Below, one piece after another: positions 19,839 to 27,695 of a stretch of DNA of 38,610 nucleotides. Made by a program: the position numbers and the translations under genes. The notes under the pieces are model-generated. The model saw only the letters and a list, made by a program, of their open reading frames with translations, had not been told where the DNA came from and did not search any database. Position 1 is the stretch's first letter. Each line of letters starts with the position of its first letter. Source of the DNA: Olsenella sp. (lineage in GTDB: Bacteria > Actinomycetota > Coriobacteriia > Coriobacteriales > Atopobiaceae); assembly GCA_017941585.1 (NCBI GenBank), contig JAGAWD010000174.1, positions 1 to 38,610 of the forward strand, in the 5' to 3' direction.

Positions 19839-21257
19839 CTAGCCCGCCGACAGCAGGCTGGAGACCTCGTTCAGCCTGTCGATCGTCTCGTGTATCTTGT
19901 CGGTCGTCTGCTGGCGCTGCTCGGGCGTGAGGCTGGGGTCCTTCTCCACCTTGTCCTGCACGTCGGCGAGGTCCACGGTGGTGGCCAACACCCCCACGAG
20001 CGCGGCCTCCCTCTCATCGGAGGCGACGTTCTCCGCGACGGCGACCTCCTCCTGCTGCACCTCGCCGGTGAGCGACTCGGGCGGGTCGACGATATAGAGC
20101 GACCAGAGGATGCCGCCGAAGATGGCGATCACCACGAAGGCGATGTTGACGATGTGCTCGGGCATACGGGCGATCCAGCGCTCCAACAGCGGGTAGATGA
20201 ACCAGGTGATGACCGACGCCGCCACGCCGAAGCCGAGCGCGTTCTGCAGGCAGACCTGCCCCATGATGTTGCAGAACCCGTTGGAGTAGTCCCAGAGCTG
20301 GTGGTTGGAGTTGACGATCAGGCCCATGGAGAACTCGATGCAGGAACAGGTCAGCATGTTGGCCAAAAAGCTCAGCACATAGGGCACAAAGGGGTTGGAG
20401 AACTTCTTGTCCAACCACTCCTTGAGCGGGTAGAGGGCCAGGCCGATGATGACGACGGCCGCGCCCTCCATCGGGAACGGGTAGAGCCAGTCGCGCCACA
20501 GCATGGTGTTGGAGGGGTCGTACTTGCCCGAGACCAGTCCCAGGCGGATGAGCTGGCAGAAGCCGGCCTCCATCCAGTGGCCGAATACCGAGAAGATCAC
20601 GAAGTACATGATCAGGTTGCGGAAGAACGCCCAGCTGCGACGGTCGATGACGAAGTCGTCCTTATTGTAGAAGCCCTGACCCCTGCCGAAGTCGTTCATG
20701 CAGACCACACGCACGCGCTTGGAGAGCGCGAAGTACCCGATGAGCACGAGGTAAAACAGCGAGTTGGAGACGAGCGTCAGCAGGTGTAGCTCACCTGCGG
20801 CCACCGCGGCCCCGACGTTGTAGGCGATTCCCATGCAGCCCACGGCTATCGTGAAGGGGCGCGCCACCTTGTAGCGGTTCATGATGAACCACAGCGCCAC
20901 GCCCTCGAGGATGATCATCGCCCAGTCGAAGATCGTGCCGCTCGTATACTGGATGGAGTTGCGCGAGGTGACGAGCAGCCCCAGCAGCGTAGAGATGATG
21001 TGGAACGCGAAGGCGACCTGCACCGCGCGCATGAAGCCAAGCCGGTTAGGCGCGCTGAAGCGGATGGCGTCGTAGGCCTTGCGCGCGGCACGCGTGGCCG
21101 CGCGGTGGTCGGCGTTGGCCTTGCGGCGCGCCTCGCGCTCGCGTTGCCTAGCGGACTTCGTGCGCTCGCGATCGGAGTTGTGCACCGCGATCACGGTGAT
21201 GCGAGCAGCGTCGTCGGCTAGCTCGTCAGATTCCATGGCCGTGCCCACCATGCGCAC
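19839..21257 (-). CDS. CmpB/TMEM229 ('putative ABC transporter permease') family membrane protein; true start uncertain, probably near 21424 via a frameshift
   Basis: YFVIFSVFGHWME, IEFSMGLI....LWDYS....NIMGQVCL and FIYPLL motifs typical of the family, plus an additional N-terminal 4-TM block. Confidence 0.8.
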   Translation of the reverse strand: MRMVGTAMESDELADDAARITVIAVHNSDRERTKSARQREREARRKANADHRAATRAARKAYDAIRFSAPNRLGFMRAVQVAFAFHIISTLLGLLVTSRNSIQYTSGTIFDWAMIILEGVALWFIMNRYKVARPFTIAVGCMGIAYNVGAAVAAGELHLLTLVSNSLFYLVLIGYFALSKRVRVVCMNDFGRGQGFYNKDDFVIDRRSWAFFRNLIMYFVIFSVFGHWMEAGFCQLIRLGLVSGKYDPSNTMLWRDWLYPFPMEGAAVVIIGLALYPLKEWLDKKFSNPFVPYVLSFLANMLTCSCIEFSMGLIVNSNHQLWDYSNGFCNIMGQVCLQNALGFGVAASVITWFIYPLLERWIARMPEHIVNIAFVVIAIFGGILWSLYIVDPPESLTGEVQQEEVAVAENVASDEREAALVGVLATTVDLADVQDKVEKDPSLTPEQRQQTTDKIHETIDRLNEVSSLLSAG

Positions 21258-21650
21258 GGCCTCGCGCGCGTCCTCCTGTGCGCGCGCCGTGATAGTCGCG
21301 CGGTCGGCCTTGCCGGTGGAAAAGGCGCTGTCGATGGCGCGCTCGGCGTCCTCCAGCGAGCGCAGGCGCTCCTCGGCCGCAGTCGGCCCCTCCTCCTGGA
21401 TCAGGTTGCGTCACCTTGTGACACGCCACACTCCTTCCGGAGCCGGTCGGACAGCCGGCCCCTCGACGCCCCTCGTCTGACGCAACTGGCGCCGTTGGTA
21501 CTCGCAATAGGGATGGTCTGAGACGCGAGCCGAGAGAATTGTACAGAGAGACTCGTTCGCCCCGCGAGTCAAGGTTCGAGGCACAGCCGACCGAAATCAG
21601 CGCCGCAACCTGCGAGCGAACGTTAATCGCATGGATTATCTCGCAGTGTG

Positions 21651-22631
21651 CTACGCGGACAGCGAGCTCACGAGGCCGTCGAGCAGCGTCCTGAGATTCT
21701 GAGCCGCCTGCTTCATGCTCTCCCCTATCGACTCCTCGGAGAAGCCCTCTTCCTCCATGCCGGCGGCCATGTTCGAGATGCAGTTGATCGCGCAGACTTT
21801 CATCCCCATGTGACGCGCGGCGAGGACCTCGTCGGCCATGCTCATCGCGATCGTGTCAGCGCCGAGCGACCGATACATCGCGATCTCCGCGGGCGTCTCG
21901 TATTGCGGCCCCGTCACCTCGATGTACACGCCGCTATGCACGGGGATGCCCTTCTCGCCGCCAACCCTCAGCACGGTGTCCTGCAGCTCTTGGTCAAATG
22001 CGCCCGTCATGCCGACAAACCGGTCCCCCAGCTCGTCGATGTTCTGCCCGATGAGAGGAGACGGGATGAAGGAGGAGATCTGGTCCCTCACGCAGACGAA
22101 CTCCCCGACCCGAAACTCCGGGTTCATCGAACCGACGGCGTTGGTGAGGATGGCCGTGTTCGCACCGAGCTTGTGGAGGACCCGCATGGGCAGAACGACC
22201 TCCTCCATGGAGTAGCCCTCGTAGTAGTGGATTCTGCCCTGCATGACGGCCAGCCTGTGGCCGTGGTACTCGGCCAAGACGAGGTTGCCCGCATGCTCCG
22301 GTGCGGTCGACGCCGGCCAGCCCTCGATGTCCGCGTAGGGGATGGTCGCCTTCACGTCGAGGTCGTCGACGAAGCCGCCGAGGCCGGTCCCGAGGACGAC
22401 CACGACCTCGGGCTTGAAGTCGGAGATGGCCCTGATCTGGTTCGCACAGCTCTCGAGGCGTTCGCGGTAGGTCTGCTCGGATGCCGTCTGCGCACCAGAA
22501 GCCTGCGCGGTAGAGGCCTGCGCTCCGGAGACCTGCTCTTTCTTCTCGGCAGCGGGGACCGCGCATCCGACAAGGGCAACAAGGAGCGCCGCCGCAACGC
22601 AGGCCGCCAAAACGGACAGGGATCTTCTCAT
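21651..22631 (-). CDS. Purine nucleoside phosphorylase (trimeric PNP/XapA family) with N-terminal lipoprotein signal
   Basis: VLGTGLG, HAG, MQGRIHYYEG, LTNAVGS, GPQYETPAE and ISNMAAG motifs. MRR plus hydrophobic core plus LVGC lipobox (Cys23). Confidence 0.9.
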   Translation of the reverse strand: MRRSLSVLAACVAAALLVALVGCAVPAAEKKEQVSGAQASTAQASGAQTASEQTYRERLESCANQIRAISDFKPEVVVVLGTGLGGFVDDLDVKATIPYADIEGWPASTAPEHAGNLVLAEYHGHRLAVMQGRIHYYEGYSMEEVVLPMRVLHKLGANTAILTNAVGSMNPEFRVGEFVCVRDQISSFIPSPLIGQNIDELGDRFVGMTGAFDQELQDTVLRVGGEKGIPVHSGVYIEVTGPQYETPAEIAMYRSLGADTIAMSMADEVLAARHMGMKVCAINCISNMAAGMEEEGFSEESIGESMKQAAQNLRTLLDGLVSSLSA

Positions 22632-22842
22632 GGGGACACCTCTTTCATACTGGGTCGAGCATCAATCACCGTAGCTCAACAACGCAGTCCACGATTCTAT
22701 CTCATGCCATTCGTCCGGTCCAAGAGAGAGCGCCCCTCCCGCGGAGACAAAGCCGTGCTATAAAGAACGCCCATTCATCAAGTATTGGATGAATGGACTT
22801 ACGGCGCTGGATCAGTGGCGCAACGACAGAAAGGAACCAGAA

Positions 22843-23220
22843 GTGAAGATCACGACGTTCAACCCCCTCATCGCTACCAAGGACCCGGAGCCCACCATTC
22901 AGCTGTTTGAGGCATTGGGCTTCGAGAGGCATCACGAAAAGGAGGGCATTGGCGAGAATAGCGTCACGGATGTCCGAATGAAGAATGCTGACGGGTTCTA
23001 CGTGGACGTCACGCAAGGTGACGGAGAGTGGACAATGATCCGCATGAACGTGGACAATATCGAGGAGGCAGTCGAGCTCCTGACGGCGCATGGGTTCAGA
23101 AGGCCGATGCACAAGGCTGCCAGCGAAACGATTGACACGGAGTCGTCCAAGATTGCAGTGATGGTGTCCCCCTCCGGCTTCATCATCTCGGTTTCCGAGC
23201 ACATCAAGAAGAACGCCTAG
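22843..23220 (+). CDS. Small VOC/glyoxalase-like protein (paralog A)
   Basis: GTG start after AAGGA. FEALGF, IRMNVDNIEEAVELL.AHG and SPSGFIISVSE patterns resemble the VOC beta-alpha-beta-beta-beta fold. 125 aa. Confidence 0.75.
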   Translation: MKITTFNPLIATKDPEPTIQLFEALGFERHHEKEGIGENSVTDVRMKNADGFYVDVTQGDGEWTMIRMNVDNIEEAVELLTAHGFRRPMHKAASETIDTESSKIAVMVSPSGFIISVSEHIKKNA

Positions 23221-23262
23221 CCAAGCACCTCTCCGAACACCTATAGAAGAGCGGCTAAACAG

Positions 23263-23294
23263 AAGCGTGCGCCCCGAACGGAGCGCACGCTTTC
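23263..23294. terminator. Stem-loop between the convergent paralogs
   Basis: AAGCGTGCGC(23263-23272)/GCGCACGCTT(23283-23292) perfect 10-bp inverted repeat. Confidence 0.6.
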
Positions 23295-23395
23295 ATGTTG
23301 CGGGCCGGATGCGCGATTGGGATGTCACCATAGGGACAGACGCACCGTTGGCGGCCGTGGCATTTCTCGGGCCCGCTTGCGAGCGGACAATGTCG

Positions 23396-23773
23396 TTAAT
23401 CGTGATCCTTGATGTGGTGGCAGAGGTGGATGGTAAATCCGGAGGGCGAGACCAGCCCCGCGTTGTTGTTGGTCCTGGTGTCAACCGTGCCCGTTGGATC
23501 CTTGAAGCCCTTTGCGATCAGCATGTTATATGCTTCCTCAAAGTCGTCCACGTTCACGCGAATGAGCACCTTGTCCTGCTCGACCGAATCGTTCTGCGAC
23601 ACGTCCACGTAAAAGCCGTTCTCGTCTTTCATTCGGATGCCGCTGACGTCCTTGCCCTCCGAGTTCACCGCACGGCCTTGATGGCGCCTCTTGAAGCCGA
23701 GCTCCTCAAAAAGCTCAACCACAGCGTCCGCGTTCTTGGTGAGAATCACGGGGTTGAAAGTTGTGATCTTCAT
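23396..23773 (-). CDS. Small VOC/glyoxalase-like protein (paralog B)
   Basis: MKITTFNP..FEELGF..RMKDENGFYVDV..IRVNVDDFEEA..VSPSGF..HIK aligns by eye end-to-end with paralog A. GAAGGGA RBS. 125 aa. Confidence 0.78.
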   Translation of the reverse strand: MKITTFNPVILTKNADAVVELFEELGFKRRHQGRAVNSEGKDVSGIRMKDENGFYVDVSQNDSVEQDKVLIRVNVDDFEEAYNMLIAKGFKDPTGTVDTRTNNNAGLVSPSGFTIHLCHHIKDHD

Positions 23774-23873
23774 ATCCGTCCCTTCTGAGAACCGTCTGTC
23801 ACGCCGCCCTTGCGCAGCGACAAGGACAGGTTTTAATATACGACATCGAACGACTCTCGAAAGGAGCAGCGAG

Positions 23874-23911
23874 AAAAAAGGGCGGGCACCACATGATGGG
23901 TGCTCGCCCTT
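23874..23911 (-). terminator. Intrinsic terminator of tmRNA
   Basis: AAGGGCGAGCACC...GGTGCCCGCCCTT stem followed by a U-tract on the minus strand, 8 nt past the CCA end. Confidence 0.85.
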
Positions 23912-23919
23912 GTTGCGTA

Positions 23920-24284
23920 TGGTGGAGGCGCGGAGAATCGAACTCCGGTCCAAAGCAGAACCCTGGCAGGTGTCTCCAAGCTCAGTCGCCAGTTGAATCT
24001 CGGGCACGTCGCACCTCGCGACCCGCGCTCGGCGCCCCAGCTGGTTCGGTCTTATCCTTCGGCATACCAACCACGTCCGAAGGAGCATCTCCCTGAAATG
24101 ACGTCACCACGGAGACGGGAGCGATCCCCGCTTAGACGCGCCGGCTTATCTTATGCGGCGAGAGGCATAGCCTCAAAAGAGTTGTTGTTGTCAATTAAAT
24201 TTGACGGTACCCCTGTTTTACGTGGCGAGGAGACCACGGCTTGCTGCCCACCTCAGCACTACCCTGTCGAAACCAGTCGCCCCC
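23920..24284 (-). ncRNA. ssrA: tmRNA (transfer-messenger RNA); tag peptide (A)DNNNSFEAMPLAA
   Basis: 5' GGGGGCGACTGGTTTCGACAGGG and 3' GGAGTTCGATTCTCCGCGCCTCCACCA. Acceptor stem has the G3-U alanine determinant. Tag ORF at 24151-24192. smpB lies nearby. Confidence 0.97.
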
Positions 24285-24434
24285 ATGAGGTTGTGGGGCC
24301 CACTGCCACCATGCGAATGTCAAGATACGGCCGCCTGAGATGCGGCCCCACGCAAGGGGCGCATTTTTGCGGCGTAGGTAGTGTACCCATCTGAGACAAG
24401 AAATTCCATACGCGGAAGAATTCCGTCGCTACAT

Positions 24435-25157
24435 TCACCTGCCGCGACGCCTGCGCTCGCGCAGGTAGCGCCTCTCGGCAGCTGCCGCGGTGTTTCGCTC
24501 GCGGTCCCAGAACATGATGAGGAAGGCGACGAGCAGCATGGCCGCGCTCACGAGCATGGCGTGGACCCCAAGCGCCGATACCAGGCGCGAGCCCACCACG
24601 GCCCCGCACACGAAGCAGAAGATCGTCCCAAAATGGAGCGCCATTCCCTCGAGGTGTCGCGGATCACGCCTCACGATGTAGTCGATGAGCTCTTGCGTGC
24701 CCGAGCGCATGTTGCCCATGCACATGGTCGTGGCAAAGGGCCTGCCGTGCAGCTTTCTAAAGCTCTGCACCTGAATGCCGCAGGCGAGCGACGTCAGGCA
24801 GTTGGCAACGCGATCAAGGCCCTCGGGGACGAACGCGACGGCAACGAGCAGAGCAATCTCGAGCAGGAGGCAGGACTGGCGCCAATGCGCCGTGAGGTTG
24901 CGCGAGCGAATACACACGACGCGCGCGACCACGACGCCGGCGGCAAAGCAGAGGATCGGTATCGCATACTGAGACACACGCGACCAGTTGCCGTCCGCAA
25001 CGCTCAGGCCAAGCAGAAGCATGTTGCCCGTCTGCGCGTTGGCAAACACCTGCCCGCGCGCGAGATACGAGTAGGCATCCATGAAGCCGCCCGAAAGGGC
25101 AAGCAGAATCGCCAGCTCGACGGATTCCGATGTCTGCTCTGCACGACGGATGCCCAC
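24435..25157 (-). CDS. YoaK/DUF1275 family membrane protein
   Basis: GGFMDAYSY, VFANAQTGN, ACGIQ.QSF, ATTMCMGN and FVCGAVVG motifs. Confidence 0.9.
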   Translation of the reverse strand: MGIRRAEQTSESVELAILLALSGGFMDAYSYLARGQVFANAQTGNMLLLGLSVADGNWSRVSQYAIPILCFAAGVVVARVVCIRSRNLTAHWRQSCLLLEIALLVAVAFVPEGLDRVANCLTSLACGIQVQSFRKLHGRPFATTMCMGNMRSGTQELIDYIVRRDPRHLEGMALHFGTIFCFVCGAVVGSRLVSALGVHAMLVSAAMLLVAFLIMFWDRERNTAAAAERRYLRERRRRGR

Positions 25158-25285
25158 GCTTGCCCTCCAACAAAGAAGCCGCCACGACTATTGTACGTCG
25201 CAGCGGCCACTAATGCGGTCGCGCTTGGGCGCCAGTAAAGGCCAGCGGGGCACAACGGGCGCGCCGTCTGGCCGTTGGGCTTGTG

Positions 25286-25429
25286 CTACTCCTCGACCAG
25301 CTCGAACTGGTCGGGACCAACGCCGCACACGGGGCAGACGAAGTCCTCGGGGAGCTCCGGGGTGTCAACCTCGACCTCGTAGCCGCAGACGACGCACACG
25401 AACTTGTACTTCTTTCCCTCTTCAGCCAT
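25286..25429 (-). CDS. Rubredoxin (47 aa; absent from the ORF track)
   Basis: Hand translation [47 protein letters not shown]: CxxCG and CPxCG motifs. GGGAGG RBS. Confidence 0.93.
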   Translation of the reverse strand: MAEEGKKYKFVCVVCGYEVEVDTPELPEDFVCPVCGVGPDQFELVEE

Positions 25430-25493
25430 TGTGGCCTCCCTCTCCTAGGTGACGTCGCGCGCGAGGCGCGCCTTCCAACACATGATATGGCTT

Positions 25494-25997
25494 TTACCCG
25501 ACGTAGGACGATGCCTTCGGCGGGGTCTTCCCCTTGAGCACCGAGTGGTAGTAGGCATAGGTGAGCGGCTCCGCATCCGAGAGGACCTCCGCGTCGGCCA
25601 CCTCGCCCACGAACACCATGTGCGTGCCGACGTCGAGGCGCTGGACCACGCGACAGGCTAGCACCGCGGCGGCACACTTCTCCTCATAGGGATCGCCCAG
25701 CACGGTGCGCTTGGTGTCTGGGTCGGGATACTTGTCGAAGTCCGCCCCCGTGCGGAAGCCGAAACGGCCGATGTAGGGCATGTCCGCCTCCTGGGTGAGC
25801 GGCGCGAGCGCGAAGTGGCCCGCCGCGTCGATCACGCCCTCGGTGTAGTTCTCCTTGTTCACGGCAACCATCACCTGCAGAGGCGCACTCGTAAGCTGAA
25901 GGCCCGTGTTGATCACGCACCCGCTCTTGCGCGTGCCGTCGTCGGCGGAGACGACGTACAGCCCGCTCGAAAACTTGTACAGGGCACTCTTGTCCAT
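25494..25997 (-). CDS. Flavin reductase-like protein (DIM6/NTAB family)
   Basis: ALYKFSSGLYVVS, GCVINT, VNKENYT, FGFRTG..FDK, VGTHMVFVGEV and LTYAYYH. GGAG RBS before ATG 25997. Confidence 0.9.
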   Translation of the reverse strand: MDKSALYKFSSGLYVVSADDGTRKSGCVINTGLQLTSAPLQVMVAVNKENYTEGVIDAAGHFALAPLTQEADMPYIGRFGFRTGADFDKYPDPDTKRTVLGDPYEEKCAAAVLACRVVQRLDVGTHMVFVGEVADAEVLSDAEPLTYAYYHSVLKGKTPPKASSYVG

Positions 25998-26120
25998 GGC
26001 ACTCCCCTTCCCTTCGGGACCGTTCCACCCACAATAAGGGGTGAAACGAGGGCGCGCGCCCATAGTCCGCCGCGCGGGGCGAAACCTTCGGCGAGGGTCG
26101 CCCGTCGCCGGGCAGGGGGG

Positions 26121-26588
26121 CTATTGGCTGCGCTCCTTGAGGGCGCGCTGCACCTCGCGGTCGGTCTGGCGCTTCTTGAGGTCGGCGCGCTTGTCGTAGA
26201 GCTTCTTGCCGCGGCCGAGGCCGAGCAGCACCTTCACGCGGTTGTGCTCGTCGAAGTAGATCTCCAGCGCAACGAGGGCGAGCCCCTTGTTGCGAAGCTT
26301 CCCCTCGAGCGTGTCGATCTGGCGGCGGTGCAGAAGGAGCTTGCGCCTGCGGTCGGGATCGACGTTCCAGACGTTGCCATGCGAGTAGGGGTGGATGTGC
26401 GCGTTGAGCAGCCACACCTCGCCGTCCCTCACGACGCAGAACGCGTCCGTGATCTGCGCCGAGCGCTCGCGTATGCTCTTCACCTCGGTGCCCGTGAGCA
26501 CGATGCCGGCTTCGAAGGTCTCCAGGATCTCGTACTCGTGGCGCGCGGTGCGGTTTTTCGCGATGAGCTTCTTCTCGCGCTTAGGCAT
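26121..26588 (-). CDS. smpB: SsrA-binding protein SmpB
   Basis: IAKNRTARHEY, EAGIVLTGTEVKSIR, RRRKLLLH and GKKLYDKR. Start overlaps the upstream gene's 3' end. Confidence 0.97.
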   Translation of the reverse strand: MPKREKKLIAKNRTARHEYEILETFEAGIVLTGTEVKSIRERSAQITDAFCVVRDGEVWLLNAHIHPYSHGNVWNVDPDRRRKLLLHRRQIDTLEGKLRNKGLALVALEIYFDEHNRVKVLLGLGRGKKLYDKRADLKKRQTDREVQRALKERSQ

Positions 26589-27495
26589 CGGCGTCACCGC
26601 CCTTGGTCGAGGGGTCGCCCTCGGCGGAGACTCCTTCGGCAACGCCTTCGGTAGCGGCGTCTTCGCTTGCGTCCCCCTCGCGGATAAGGGCGAGCAGTGC
26701 CTTGCAGGTCTGTTCGCCCACAAGGTCGCGCGCGCGAATCGTGAGGTCCGTGGCGACATCGCGCTGCCCCAGCGCCGCGGCGTCGCTCGCGCACATGAGC
26801 AGGCACACGGCAACCTCGGCGTTGGCTCCGTCGGGCAGGCCCTCCTGGGCGAGAAGGTCGCGGGCCTCGTCGTCGGAGACCGAGTCTGGGTCGTGGTCAG
26901 ACTCAGCCGCAAGCTCGAGCGCCGCGTCCAACTGGGAGTCGGAGAGCCCGAAGCGCCGCGCCGCCCTCAGGGCCGCGGCCGCGCAGTCGGGCTTCTCCGC
27001 CACCTGGAAGTACTCGGAGAAGTTCACGAACGCGCGCACGAGGTGCCGCGCATCGCTCGCACGCGCGAACACGGAGAAGCTCAGAGCAAGATACTCGTTC
27101 GGGTCGCCCGCGATGCGATAGAGGTCCGCGAGGTTCAGGCGGTACTCGCAGCCCATGGGGTTCCAGCGGACGGCCTGGCGCAGCGCCTCCATCGCCGTGT
27201 CGTAGTCGCCGTTCCTGACGGCGGCCAGCGCGAGGTCGTTGTAGAGCCTGTCGAGCGGCTCGCCCACGTCGCGCAGCTCGCGCGGGTCGCCCTCCACGCG
27301 CCGGTAGGCAAGGCGCTCGAAGATCGTGGGAAAGCTGAACCACTGGACCTCCGAGGTCGTGTGGCAGTTGCGGTCCACGTACTCCTCGGCATCCTCTGCA
27401 AGACGCGCAAGATAGTCCTGCGCCTCGTCGGTTTGGCCCTCGATGAGCAGGGCCTCGGCATGGGCCAGCTCGTCGAGCAGGTTCATCTCGTTCAT
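26581..27495 (-). CDS. Tetratricopeptide-repeat-like hypothetical protein
   Basis: Helical TPR-like segments such as LYNDLALAAVRNGDYDTAMEALRQAVRWNP and YRLNLADLYRIAGD. AAGGAG upstream of ATG 27495. Confidence 0.8.
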   Translation of the reverse strand: MNEMNLLDELAHAEALLIEGQTDEAQDYLARLAEDAEEYVDRNCHTTSEVQWFSFPTIFERLAYRRVEGDPRELRDVGEPLDRLYNDLALAAVRNGDYDTAMEALRQAVRWNPMGCEYRLNLADLYRIAGDPNEYLALSFSVFARASDARHLVRAFVNFSEYFQVAEKPDCAAAALRAARRFGLSDSQLDAALELAAESDHDPDSVSDDEARDLLAQEGLPDGANAEVAVCLLMCASDAAALGQRDVATDLTIRARDLVGEQTCKALLALIREGDASEDAATEGVAEGVSAEGDPSTKGGDADA

Positions 27496-27644
27496 GTGAG
27501 TCGCTTCTCCTTTGGCGACCCCGCCCAGAGGCGCGGCCGCGTCGCGTTTCATCGTAGTCTAGCCTACCCAGTCGTGCCTCGCTCGATGCATGCGACGACG
27601 GGCGCGCCGAGTCAGTCGCCGTCGTCCGCCTGCGTCGGTCGTCA

Positions 27645-27695
27645 CGCGTCAGGCCTTGCCCGCGTCAGGCCTTGCCCGCGTCAGGCCTTGCCCGC
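27645..27695. repeat. Three exact tandem copies of a 16-bp unit containing the rnr stop codon
   Basis: CGCGTCAGGCCTTGCC at 27645-27660, 27661-27676 and 27677-27692, plus a partial CGC. Confidence 0.95.

Noticed and set aside
23774-23945. Prophage or ICE integrated at the tmRNA 3' end
   Set aside because: The native terminator follows directly; no integrase and no duplicated ssrA 3' end were found in the window.
27645-27695. CRISPR-like repeats
   Set aside because: Units are 16 bp, directly adjacent with no spacers, and there are no cas genes.
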